Positions 1 through 11,545 of a DNA stretch of 34,626 nucleotides are shown in pieces (positions within the stretch are counted from its first letter, which is position 1; every line of letters begins with the position of its first letter). The notes below the pieces were generated by a model. It saw only the letters and a list, made by a program, of their open reading frames with translations. It made no database searches and was not told the DNA's origin. Source of the stretch: Tubiluchus corallicola (lineage: Eukaryota > Animalia > Priapulida); assembly GCA_030141605.1 (NCBI GenBank), contig JAQGDQ010001562.1:1-34626 (forward strand), read 5' to 3'. A program made the translations under genes and the position numbers.

Positions 1-221
1 CTCTCTAGCCGAATGAAATAAGTGATTTTTGTAAATCTAAGTTTATTAATTTGATAGCAATTTTCTGTGTATTTTTTTGTTCACATTTCTGCAGTTTTTT
101 CAAATTACATTGCTGCATTTTTTTGTTTTTTCTCGTTCTTTAGAAAGTAAAGACTGCAGAAACACCTTATGCAAAGAACTTTCGTGTTTGCTGTGTTAAC
201 AGTAACTTTTCAGCATCTTAA

Positions 222-469
<248 letters not shown>

Positions 470-1339
470 TACATACAGTGGTACGCTTTCAGCATCTTCA
501 CACATGCACAACTCTTGTAGTTTAACACTATATTCCCTGGTGAACTCTTAAGAGCTATAAAACCAATTAAGACAGGCTAAAACCCGGTAATTAACCATCT
601 TCCAAAACCCGTCTCAGCCAGATTCCCCGACACAACGGGATTTAAAACAAAAGGCGAATTTCCGCATGCGGCTCGGCGATAATCCGAACCGGACCGTCTG
701 GAAAATGCCAACAATCGGCACACGAAAGCGCACACAAAAGCGCACGCACGCGTCCAATGTTAAACTCAAGTACAGAGAACTATGCGCCGTGTGTTCGTTC
801 TTACACTTCAGTCAACACGTGAACTGTAAGCTAGCCTTGGCCTAAATCACGCAGCAGAGACCCAGGCATTGGCAACGAAAGAATGTATTTTAATTTCTAA
901 ACCTGAATGGGCACGCGTCAGATATAATAGACCTTAAAACTTATTTTAAAATTTAATGTGATACTAAATTCTAGTCGAAGAATTCCCTGGTTGCTCACGA
1001 TCAATAACGAATGCATTTAATTGCAGTCGCGTGAAAGGGGCACTTTTTTTGATCATGTAACGTCATTAGTTTAGGCAGCTAGTGATTTTAGAGCAAGGCA
1101 AAACGTCCAAAGTACAAGAACGCAGCTACTACGGCCTGGGAGGGATTGCAAAAATAAGTTGTTTAGTCTAAACACAGTGCCCGGCACAAATTTGCTTGCT
1201 TTTACGTGATCAGACAAAACGAAAATTTGTAAAGGTTGTTTCACACGCGACAAAAGTGAAGTGCAGACACGCGCATCTTCTTGTGAGAAGTACAAAGGAA
1301 GACGCCGAGGAAGATCTGAAGTAGTTTCCAGCCGGGAGA

Positions 1340-1425
1340 TCGCGGCGCATTAATAACTGAAGTGCGGTCTAGGATGCGCGCCACGCTGGGCAGAGGTCAC
1401 CGAGTTCAATTCCCTGAATAGGCCA
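1340..1425 (+). mobile_element. Degenerate tRNA-like sequence (possible SINE head)
   Basis: GCGGTCTAGG (D-loop/A-box-like), AGAGGTC, then GAGTTCAATTCC at 1402-1413 (B-box-like) in tRNA order. No intact cloverleaf. Confidence 0.35.
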
Positions 1426-1929
1426 ACATTGTGACAAGGTATGTTCAAGATAAGACACGATGTAAGATAACTCTCGGTTACATTCTGTAATCTTACCGAT
1501 AAATTAAAGTGAATAGAATTCTGAAAAAGGCCCTTAGAAACTACTGAATCTGAATTTAATTTTTCTACAAATTATTTGTTGATGATTGACGCCATGATAG
1601 CAGTAAGGAAAATAAAGTTTTTTAGTTTTTCGTTTTTCAATGTTGCTACTGTTTTAAAATTTGGTTTTTATTTCTTGCTAATTTATTGCTTTTAATTTTG
1701 CTAACAAAAAAAAACAGAAATACCTACAGATCCATCAGTAGCCGCCATAAAGGGTTTTTCGTAAAAACTGACATAACTAAAATTTGAAAAATGCTTAAGA
1801 AAGTCTTGAAAAACTTGAAATTCGAGAACTTTTAAATTGCCCCTGTAGGCCCTTTTGGTTGCCCCGTTTTTTTCCTTTTTTTTAAATGAAACTTTCAGAC
1901 AAAATATTTCGTCTTTTGTAGTGAAAGCC

Positions 1930-2401
1930 CTGTTGAAGGCGCTACTGTAGGCCCTATTGTAGGCGCTGTTATAGGCGATATTGTAGGCCCTACCGTAAAC
2001 GCTGTTGCAGGCACTATTGTAGGCCCCATTGTAGGCGCTATTGTAGGCCTCAGTGTAGGCGCTGTTATAGGCGATATTGCGGGCCTTATTGCAAGCGTTG
2101 TTGTAGGCGCTATTGTAGACGCTGTTGTAGGCGCTACTGTAGGCCCTATTGTAGGCGCTGTTATAGGCGATATTGTAGGCCCTACCGTAAACGCTGTTGC
2201 AGGCACTATTGTAGGCCCCATTGTAGGCGCTATTGTAGGCCTCAGTGTAGGCGCTGTTATAGGCGATATTGCAGGCCCTATTGTAAGCGTTGTTGTAGGC
2301 GCTATTGTAGACGCTGTTGTAAGCGCTATTGTAAGCCCTATTGCAAGCGCTACTGCAGGCCCTATTGTAGGCGCTATTGTAAGTCCTGATATAGGCGCTA
2401 T
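1930..2401. repeat. 12-bp minisatellite (TGTAGGCSCTAT-like) with 192-bp higher-order duplication
   Basis: About 39 degenerate 12-mers. TTGTAGGCCCTACCGTAAAC recurs at 1981 and 2173 (192 bp = 16 units). Confidence 0.95.
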
Positions 2402-4315
2402 CTTTACGATAGCTTCGGTCTCATACATCGCATGTTTTAAATGAAATCGCCAAGAAGATTTCGGTAATTTGAGAAGCGTTGCGATGATTTTTCAAACCTG
2501 GCAAAACTAAATTGACTCGCACAATAGCACGGCTCGCTCGGGTTGAGAAGAAATTACACGTTTACGCGGCAATACTCGACAAAATGAGCTGCCAGGTTAG
2601 TAAATTGCTGTCATGATTGCGCCAAACACACGCACACAAGTGACAGGAATTCTCCTGAAAACGTTTAGAGTTATTTCACTGCGTAGAATAGCCAGTTCCC
2701 GATTCACATGTCTGTCACTGATGTCTAAGAAAGGAGATTACGTCGAAAAATTGACGTAATTTCATTGAATTGATGTAAATGCGGTAAACGTCGCGTGGGT
2801 AAATGTTGACTGGGTGTCATTTCATTTGTGCCGTTTAAAAAAGAGGGTTTTTTAGTTTGAAAAGGGGCGCTTTGCTCTTGTTTTCTTTGCACTTTCTTGT
2901 GGCTAAATTTAGACAGTTTGATGACGTACGCACAATGAACAAACGTGGTTTAACACTTTTTTAAACTTTCCGGACAAATTTAAGGACGTAGCTTAAGTAA
3001 TTAAGTCTCATAATTTCTACAGCCATTAGTTCAGACTATAAAAATATAGAATTCACGCTATAAAAATTGCAATATTAGTCGCTGCAGCAACATTACGGCA
3101 ACTGCGTGTATGAAAAATTTTGTTTAATATCGCAAATAATTACATTTTCAAAAGTTATATATTTTTGCAATTATTTAGTTCATAAATCATAAAGAGGTAC
3201 TAGAAATTCATAGTATGTAGCAATAATTTATCGTGGCAAAAATATTGCGTTTTACAAAATTACTGTTTTAATATAAAATAACTTTTGGATAGAAAGTACG
3301 AAGTAGTATATCATTTAATTCACTGTGTTTAATGCATAGTAATTGTATTTTTGAGTATTATGAGCTATGAGATTTATTTCACACATCAGAAATACATTAT
3401 CACCTCAATAAAATTTGAAATAAAACAGTTCAAGTCGCACGAGGAATGCGTATGACCGAGTGAAGTATGGACTGATATTCCAAGAATGTACTGATATTCC
3501 AACTTTAAATATAGGTTTATTTTTACAAATCTTTACGCAAATGTATTTTAATGATTTGTTGGCACGCTTTCTTTAAAAAATGACGTTCTCGTAAATTCTA
3601 AAGTCGCATTCACAATTTAAATTATACAGTTTGAACGCATACCGGTATTTGGAGCAGTTGACACCAGTTTTGTTTTGATATTTATTATAAAAAAACGTTC
3701 GACGAATGCCGAATGTGAACCGAGCTTTACGAGAATAAAACGTGCCGTTTTTTCTCGCAACGAACGCCCGAAGTAGAAATTTAATCGCACACGCGCGCGG
3801 ATCCGGTACAAACGAGGTAGCAACTCGGGTGTGAAATTGACTCACATAAGCACGCGTGGTGATAATCGTCTACACCGTTACCCGTATCCATCGAATTACT
3901 CATTGAAAACCAGGTTTTCTAATAAAACTAGTAATTATCCCACTACGTACGCGCGCGAGCTGCTTTTCCAATTATTCATATTCGTATCGCTTGCCATCTA
4001 AACCTGCGCCTATTATAAAGGCGTCTGTCTCATTGAACCGTGAGTCTAACGGCTAAAATCATTTCCACAATTCACCGCAGTCTAGTTATTCATATTCATA
4101 TTCATAGTCATAACTCTCAAAAAATAGGCGTCGGTTTTACCAAAAAACATCTTTGTTATCTTACGAAACACGACTTAGATTCGCGTGGATTTTATGTTTT
4201 TTCATACAGCGTACATCAGTCGCCATTAATATTTTAGGTAAATTAATTAGATAATTTAATTAATAATTAAAATCGTTTAATATATTTAAATATGAAATAT
4301 GAAGCAGTACCTAGT

Positions 4316-4321
4316 TTTATT
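4316..4321 (-). promoter_or_regulatory. Candidate polyadenylation signal of the ASCL gene
   Basis: AATAAA on the minus strand ~220 nt after the stop, in AT-rich sequence where chance matches are common. Confidence 0.35.
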
Positions 4322-4539
4322 ATTAATTTTAATTTAATTTACTTCATATAGAAATTATGACATTTCGTCGAAGTAAGGGTCTGTTTTTTTTAATAATTAC
4401 TAATGCGTAGTAAATTTAAAGCAAAATTGTAGAGATACGAAAATGACTCGTTTTTGAAGTTTGAACTCACCCTAAGATTGTAGAACTTGAAAGCGAAATT
4501 GAAATAAGTAAAAATACTGAAATAACAACTTACGATTAA

Positions 4540-5391
4540 CTAAAGACTGAACCAACTCGTCAAATCTGCAGCTTCCTCCGGACTGTACGGTTGTTCCTCC
4601 CCCGTGGAGGTATCAGAGAGGTAACTGGGGGAGGGTGATCCAGTGCTTAACGATCCACTCTGATAACAAACTGCATTCTGTCCCGGGTCACAGTACGTGC
4701 CATAATCGGCTAGTCTATACTGACCGTAGTCTGTTCCGTACTGTTCCGTTGCATACATTTGCGATGACGACACTACCGGGTATACTTGTGATGACGACGG
4801 CGATGCTTCTGCGTACATTTGCGATGGCGACGACGACGCTGCCGGGTACAGTAGTTGTGACGGCGGCGATGACACTGCTGTGTACATTTGCGATGGCGGT
4901 GACGGTGGTATGGTGTCAGATATTATCGAATACATCGGCTGTGGCGACACCTGTTGATCCATCTGCTGCATCTGGTAATGAGGCGACGGAATGTAGACGG
5001 ATTCTGGACTATACGCGGCGGGCATCTCTTGCTGATTCGTTGCTAAGTAACCGACAGACGCTGCTGCTGATTTTTCCAGCAACTCCTGCATGTCTTTGAT
5101 GTAATCAATGGCTTTCTTAAGGGTGTCCACTTTACTCATCTTTTTATTATTGGCGCCGTTTGGCACGTGTTCGCGCAGCCGCGTGAATCCCTGATTCACC
5201 AGCTTGACGCGATTCCGTTCCCTCTGATTCCGCCGCGCGACGGATGCCGGATTCGCCGTCGGAATCGTGTAGCCCAGATTGTTGAAATTGCTCCTACGCT
5301 TGCAGCGAACGAGCTCAGTTGACGACGCGGTTTTCTTACGTTGCGCACGCGAGGAACTCTTCTCTGTCCTAATCGTCTCCAACTCTGCCAT
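4540..5391 (-). CDS. ASCL: Achaete-scute family (ASCL1/2-like) proneural bHLH transcription factor, intronless, ~283 aa
   Basis: [61 protein letters not shown] closely parallels ASCL1 ([61 protein letters not shown]). C-terminal [12 protein letters not shown] resembles the ASC terminal motif. ORF is open to 5520; ATG 5391 (AACATGG) has the best context, 5433 is an alternative. Confidence 0.97.
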   Translation of the reverse strand: [283 protein letters not shown]

Positions 5392-5440
5392 GTTCTCTAA
5401 TCTGAATAAACTCTGATGTTCAAACGTTTGCATGCGAGCT

Positions 5441-5580
5441 ACTACTGATAATGAAAATTGCAGTTGGCACACGTATATACCCAGCGTACACGGCTGACTG
5501 ATACCAAGCCCCTCCCACATACCGTTGCATCGTCACACCTCCACTGGTTCGTGTGCTCAGCACGCGTCGCTCGACGTGCC
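5441..5580 (-). promoter_or_regulatory. Candidate ASCL core promoter (TATA-like, Inr, class-C HES-type site)
   Basis: On the minus strand TATATA begins at 5479 and TCAGT (Inr) has its A at 5446, 33 nt apart. CACGCG lies at 5561-5566. Confidence 0.5.
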
Positions 5581-5810
5581 CCCAGGGGCAGACAGCAGAA
5601 TGCGAGACGGGAAAAGAGGAGCCTGCTCTCCAGTTGATCAATTTCGCTCTTACAGTTGCCTATACTGCAGTTAAACTGTTAAAACACAAACTACAACCCT
5701 CCCGGTATACGTACTAGTTCTTGAAATGTGTTCTTAAACAAAATTTAATCTTATTTTTAAAATAGAGCTGGTTTTATGTTATTTAACTTCGCTGAAATTT
5801 TTCCAAAGTA

Positions 5811-6200
5811 GTATATATATATATAATAATCTTTATTTGCCATTAAAATACATTGATAATCACTGATAAAAACTTTACAGAGATGATCAATCAGTGTTAG
5901 TTAATAAAAACTTACACTGCTAAAGGCAAATGCGTCAGTGCAATCTAAACTACTGTGCAGTAATGGAAAGTAACGACGAATAAAATCAAACATATTTACA
6001 ACTATGCACAAAAAATGAAAAAAATATGATTTAATTAATATGGCCTTGGATATATGGATTCTGGATTAGTGTGTATGTTGTCGTACTGGTGTGATGGTAT
6101 TTCATATCTGGTTAATATTAGTGATTTTAATTTTGTTTTAAATGCTGATAGGGACTTGATTTGTTTAACCTGTAATGGTAGAGAATACCAAAGTAGAATT
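5811..6200 (-). mobile_element. 5'-truncated LINE (CR1/L2 group) 3' end
   Basis: Minus frame 6190-6035 reads WYSLPLQVKQIKSLSAFKTKLKSLIL, matching the LWNSLP..SL..FK.KLK ORF2 C-terminal signature. It is followed by a 3' UTR, AATAAA and a (TA)n tail. Confidence 0.8.
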
Positions 6201-6409
6201 CACAGTTGTAAACACAGAGAAAAATTCTATAACATTTTTCTAAAAAAAAACTGCGCAACTTGATATCCAAGCACTAGGCGTACTAGTGAAGATAATTATT
6301 GCAGATTTTGTTATGCTGTAATTTGTAGTAAGGCTGCGAAATTGCACTTATCTGTTTAATAAAAAGTAAATCGAATCCCAAAGTTGAAGCTAGAGTAGAT
6401 GTATGGCAA

Positions 6410-6821
6410 TTATGATGACGATGATAATGATGATGAACCTTACGATGATGCAGATGATGATAATGATGATGATGACGATGATGAAGATGCTATTGATGAT
6501 GATGTTGCTAATGATGACGACGATGACGATAACATCGACGACGATGATGATGATAATGATGACGACGAAAAGGATGATGGTGATGATGATAATGATAATG
6601 GTAATGATGATGATGACGATGATGATGACGAAAAGGATGATGATGATGTTGATGATGACGATGACGATGACGACGACGACGACAATGATTATGACAATGA
6701 TGACGAAAAGGATGATGTTGATGATGATGATGCCGCCGACGACGATGACGATGATGATGATGAAGATCATGATGATCATGATGATCATTATGACGAAGAT
6801 AATGACATTGATGATGACAAT
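6410..6821. repeat. Imperfect (GAT/GAC)n trinucleotide repeat
   Basis: Direct reading; the motif GACGAAAAGGATGATG occurs three times internally. Confidence 0.95.
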
Positions 6822-8234
6822 GGAAGAAGATAACAAAGAAGCAGAAAAAGGAAGACACGAAAGCAAATCACTAAATTTTAAATCCAAGGTCAAGTTTCTT
6901 GTTTGCTTAATGTTTAATATCCTAATATATATATATATATATATATATAGTTATATACATATAGTTTGCATATATAAACTTCAAACAGTTATCTATTGGT
7001 ATAAAACACGTATTAACTTGAAAAGGTCCCTGATGTTAATGTGTTCAACTATTACACACGAAGTTGGAGATAGGCCTATAATGTCAGAAGTCGTACTTAA
7101 TTGCAATTTCCATCCAAAACATGGCGGCGTACATTCGTCTTCAATTCGCTCACTGAATCTGCTCGATTACAAGGACCTTGTTTTATGTACATGAACCGTG
7201 ATTGACAAATAATCAATATCTGTAGACACAGATCAATCAACTTGTTCGATCAGTAAGCAATGTAAACAAAGTGTCTCCAGCCAGCGGTACATCTCATTCA
7301 CTAATTAATTCAAAATGTGTTGCCATGCCAACAAACAAAAATGATAATATTAGAATCACCATTTCCTCTTCGTGTCATTGTGGGCGAGTGAATGGGGGAC
7401 AAAAAAATAACACTTTAAGAAAAACTCGTTGATTTAACGCAAGGTGGCAGCACGATAAGCAAGTTACATATGTAAAACATTGAGCTACGCGCCCCACATT
7501 GTACCTTTGATCACTTGTTGACTCGTGCCGTATCTAAATATCACTTCTTATCACATTTACATGTGCAAACATAGCAAGAACATGGGGGGGGGGTAGTGCT
7601 ACTATCAAGTTAGAAAAGCAAAAAATACAAAAACAACAACAAAAACAAAACCTGCCATTAAGCCAGCGATTGATGATGATCGTGGAAATATCAACGGTTA
7701 AGTGTACCAGACAGTCCATGCCCAAGCAAACGTACGAATGCTAGCTATAGAACCTTACCTAGTTCACTTTTTCTTGTTCCCAAGCAAGATCCTGCTAGTA
7801 AATCACTTTACACAAAGACTAATGCATAATTAAGTAAAATCTACACAAAACAACTGAATGTACTGAACCGATGTTTTGCGTTACCCACATGTGACGTGAC
7901 GATTGTAGTTAAGACGCGTAGCTGTGGTACACTTAACCTTTGACCCGCAGCAGCTGCGCGTGCGCACGACGAAGCTGTGAAAAGTCTTATTAAATCAACC
8001 GAGTGAACGAACAAACAGGAATAGACTGACTAATTAAACGACCAACCTGCAAATCAAATAGCTAGTCAACAAAACACCCGCGAAGAAACTGTTCAACCAA
8101 CAAATTAACAAAGAGACATCAAGCAAGCAAATTTACCAACTAAACCAATAAACCAGCCAGTCAGGCAACCAATAAACCAACTAATCAGCCAATCAGCAAT
8201 AACAAGCTGCCAGCGAACTAGAAAATTATTACCA

Positions 8235-8470
8235 ACCAACTAATCCACCAGCCACCTAAACAAACACTGACCGACCAACCAACCAACCAACTAACCAAGC
8301 TGTCAAACAAACGAGCAAGCATTCAAGGGACCCTCAACCAAAACATTTATTACCAACTAATCCACCAGCCACCTAACCAAACACTGACCGACCAACCAAC
8401 CAACCAACCAACTAACCAAGCTGTCAAACAAACGATCAAGCATTCAAGCGACCCTCAACCAAAACATTTA
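8235..8470. repeat. ~118-bp tandem duplication in (AACC)n-rich low-complexity DNA
   Basis: 8235-8351 is nearly identical to 8352-8470. Confidence 0.9.
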
Positions 8471-8994
8471 CTAATATTTATGAACTAGTCTCGTTTTTAT
8501 GACTAATCATTAGTCTCTTCACACTTTTAACATCGGCAAAAGAAAATGATCATTATTTATTCCTGTAGACGTTCCACGAACTATAAATTATGACTCGGTT
8601 TTAACCGTTGTCAGAAACGACAATTAAACTTTAATACTTTTGCATCAACGTCACATCTTATGTCTTCTAACCACCCCCCGGGGTGGCGAACGCGACAGAT
8701 TGAATTAACAATGACGAAAAAATTTCTCACTCTGACAATCTTCTAGGGGTAAACCAAGACGGCTTGCACCAAGTTTTTCAATTGATACTAATCCTGCCAT
8801 GATTTATAAAAACGGTTAGCTTAAAAATTAAGTAGTTCGACACGTGAACAGTAAGAAAAGTAGTCCTCTTTTATGAAACGGCTTTGAAAAGGGGATACGG
8901 TAAAATAAAAGCTACTAAATAAAATGGGAAAATGAATGAATTTTACAATTTCCTGGAATCCTAGATTTCCTGTGCAATTAATAAAAGCCATTAT

Positions 8995-9129
8995 AATAGA
9001 CAGCTTTAAGAATGTCTACGTGCATGGGTATATCTGTGCAATAGACAGCTTTAAGAATGTCTATGTGCATGGGTATATATGCACAATAGACAGCTTTAAG
9101 AATGTCTACGTCCATGGGTATATCTACGT
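8995..9129. repeat. 45-bp tandem repeat x3
   Basis: AATAGACAGCTTTAAGAATGTCTAYGT.. starts at 8995, 9040 and 9085. Confidence 0.95.
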
Positions 9130-9439
9130 TTTTGTCTATATTATCATCATCTAGGACTAGTTTGATCATGTAAATGTATGTTTCGTGTTTCCTTTTTATA
9201 CATATGTTCTTTTAATAATTAAAAATTAATCCTAGTGTCGAATAAGTAATAAATGTGATGTACTACGTGTTATGTCAGTTTTGCAATGTCAAATGTATAA
9301 ATAGTGTAAATGTAATGAGTGAATTTATGTAATGTAAAGCATGTTTCTGCTAATTGTGTCATGTTAAATGTATATATAGTGTAAAATATGTCATGTAAAA
9401 TTTAATGTACGTTTGTAATATTGTTTTGTAAAAATATTT

Positions 9440-9619
9440 TAATATTGTGTTTGTACATATGTTCATTTATTGTATATAATTAGGCCTTAGTTTTGCACTT
9501 TAGTTTTTTTAGTCAGCACTGGACGCATTTGTCTTGAACAGTGTTGTTATCTTAACATTACGCTGAGGCTTACTCAATTTTATTATAATGAGTGAGCCAT
9601 TTTAATGACAAATAAAGAA

Positions 9620-9675
<56 letters not shown>
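9440..9675 (+). mobile_element. LINE-type 3' UTR/tail related to the 5811-6200 element
   Basis: 9599-9617 is the reverse complement of 5831-5849 (18/19). 9516-9533 resembles the reverse complement of 5925-5941. Ends in AATAAA + (TA)n. Confidence 0.6.
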
Positions 9676-9679
<4 letters not shown>

Positions 9680-10570
9680 AGCCTAATACTCACATATATT
9701 TTACTTCGAACCGCAGACGTGTTAAGGTTTGGCCCTAGAAAGTCAGTAATTGGCCGTTCAAAAAGCTTATTCTTTTGCAGATAAAGCCCCAGACAGCATT
9801 ACAGATCCACTAGCACCTTAAATTAATTCTCTCTTTTCAAACTTGGGTAACCAGGCGAGCGCATTCCCCGGGCCGGGGCGAGCTCATAGTGTTGCCTCTT
9901 TTGTGTAAAGAGCCGAACCTATCAAACTCGCCTCATCCATTCCAGACGATTGTGCGTCTAGAAAACGAGTTATAAAAATTCATTCAGCGGTTTTGATAAT
10001 AGCTGCCTCCTTTTATGCAGCCCGTGTTCTGCGGCTTTGAATGCGCGCGTTAAATACGCACGCGTTGCACGCGATTACGACAAGAAGAGTCGGGTGTCAT
10101 TGAATTTGACCCGTAAACGCAGGAAATTGATTTAAATGGCGATTTCATGACGGGGAATCTGCTTCTGCTTTTCTTCTGCTTTCATTGTAATTATCTGGAA
10201 TAAAAAACTCCGGAGTTTGACCACAGGTATGCGAGTAAGGTGACTTGCTTTGTCAAATTTCATTGTTTGGCTAGGTGATTGTTATTGCATTATCCTAGAA
10301 ACCGTTCTTCTAGAAAAATTTCAAGTTTTTTTCTGTAAACGCTTACCGTGCCAGCAGAAGTCATTTCAAGATGAAAGTCGGGAAGACCTAAAGTAACAAC
10401 TTCGTTTCCATGATCACTCCAATCTTAGCTAAAAGTAAATCTAAGAAATAAATGTGAAAAAATCACGCAGACCTACTTGGTTACAGCACTACATCAGCGC
10501 CACCACGCATATAACGTCACTTCCGGGCTAAACATTATTTACCAGGTAACCAACTGCAGACCTATTAATT

Positions 10571-10640
10571 ATCATCATCATCCAATGAATTATACGTCCA
10601 GGGACATGATTCTGCTCACCTCCCTATGCCAGATCATCAC

Positions 10641-10685
<45 letters not shown>

Positions 10686-11045
10686 ATGAATCACATGTTC
10701 AGGGACATGATTTTGCTCACCTCTCTATACCAGGACTCCGTACTCGCTGCAATGCCCCAAGTGCATTTATTTCTAAGGATTAATGCTGAAGTGTTTAAAT
10801 CTTTTTGTGCAAAATCTAAATATGTTAACATTTGTCCTCCTGCAGGTTTTTTAGCTGGTTCTATGGCTTGTTGAAGAGCTATCTCATCAGGTATGTTGTG
10901 GAACATCATCAGGTAGTCTAAGGATATGCCCAATCCATCTTAAATGGCGTCTTTTTATTTTTCTTGTCCAAGGTTCTTCTTTTATTTTTTCATATAGATC
11001 TTTGTTTGAAATTTTCTTTGGCCATCTAATACCCAAAATATTTCT
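10571..11045 (-). mobile_element. RTE-clade LINE 3' fragment with (GAT)n tail
   Basis: Minus translation RNILGIRWPKKISNKDLYEKIKEEPWTRKIKRRHLRWIGHILRLPDDVP, then after a frameshift IALQQAIEPAKKPAGGQMLTYLDFAQKDL; typical RTE post-RT region. (ATC)n run at ~10642-10683. Confidence 0.88.
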
Positions 11046-11545
11046 GTAATTTCGCCTTTGAAACGCATCGATTTCAGGTTTATGATTTGCTTCTAATGTT
11101 CAGAGCTCAGAGTTGTACAGGAATACAGTTTCAGCCATTAATAAAAAAAGCGAAAACTAGAAAGTGTGACGTAACAAAAAAGAAGAAGAAGAACTTGCGC
11201 AATTATGACAGGAGGAAGCGTTCGATTAACAATATTAGAGAAAAATGATAATTCGATGACGCTGTACTGTAACTTTAGAATTAATATTATTCAAAAAAAC
11301 TTGCGAATTGAAAAATTGTGAAAAACTGGCGTAAATTATGCAGACTTGAGCTGATTTACAACAGTTCTACTGAGTTGTGTTTGATCCTAAGTTATAGTAG
11401 AAGAATCATACATCAGAAGTCAAACAATTTCAATGGGTCTATGGTTCACGGAACTATGACCTACAGAAAAACGTAACAGCACAGCGAATTACGCAAACAA
11501 CAAAGAGAGAGAGAAAGAGAAAAGATTCGTTTGAGACATAAATAA

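Noticed and set aside
4635-5099. 154-aa plus-strand ORF
   Set aside because: Antisense shadow of the GC-rich ASCL CDS with no recognisable features.
5162-5171. Perfect HES site inside the ASCL CDS as independent evidence of regulation
   Set aside because: Largely dictated by the conserved E-H-V-P codons, so given little weight.
6399-6833. Poly-Asp ORF resembling acidic biomineralisation proteins
   Set aside because: No signal peptide; GAT repeats stay open in most frames; a similar tract lies at 27267-27740.
10883-10912. CTGATGA motifs on the minus strand (hammerhead ribozyme core?)
   Set aside because: No stem II plus GAAA follows; they lie in RTE coding relic sequence.
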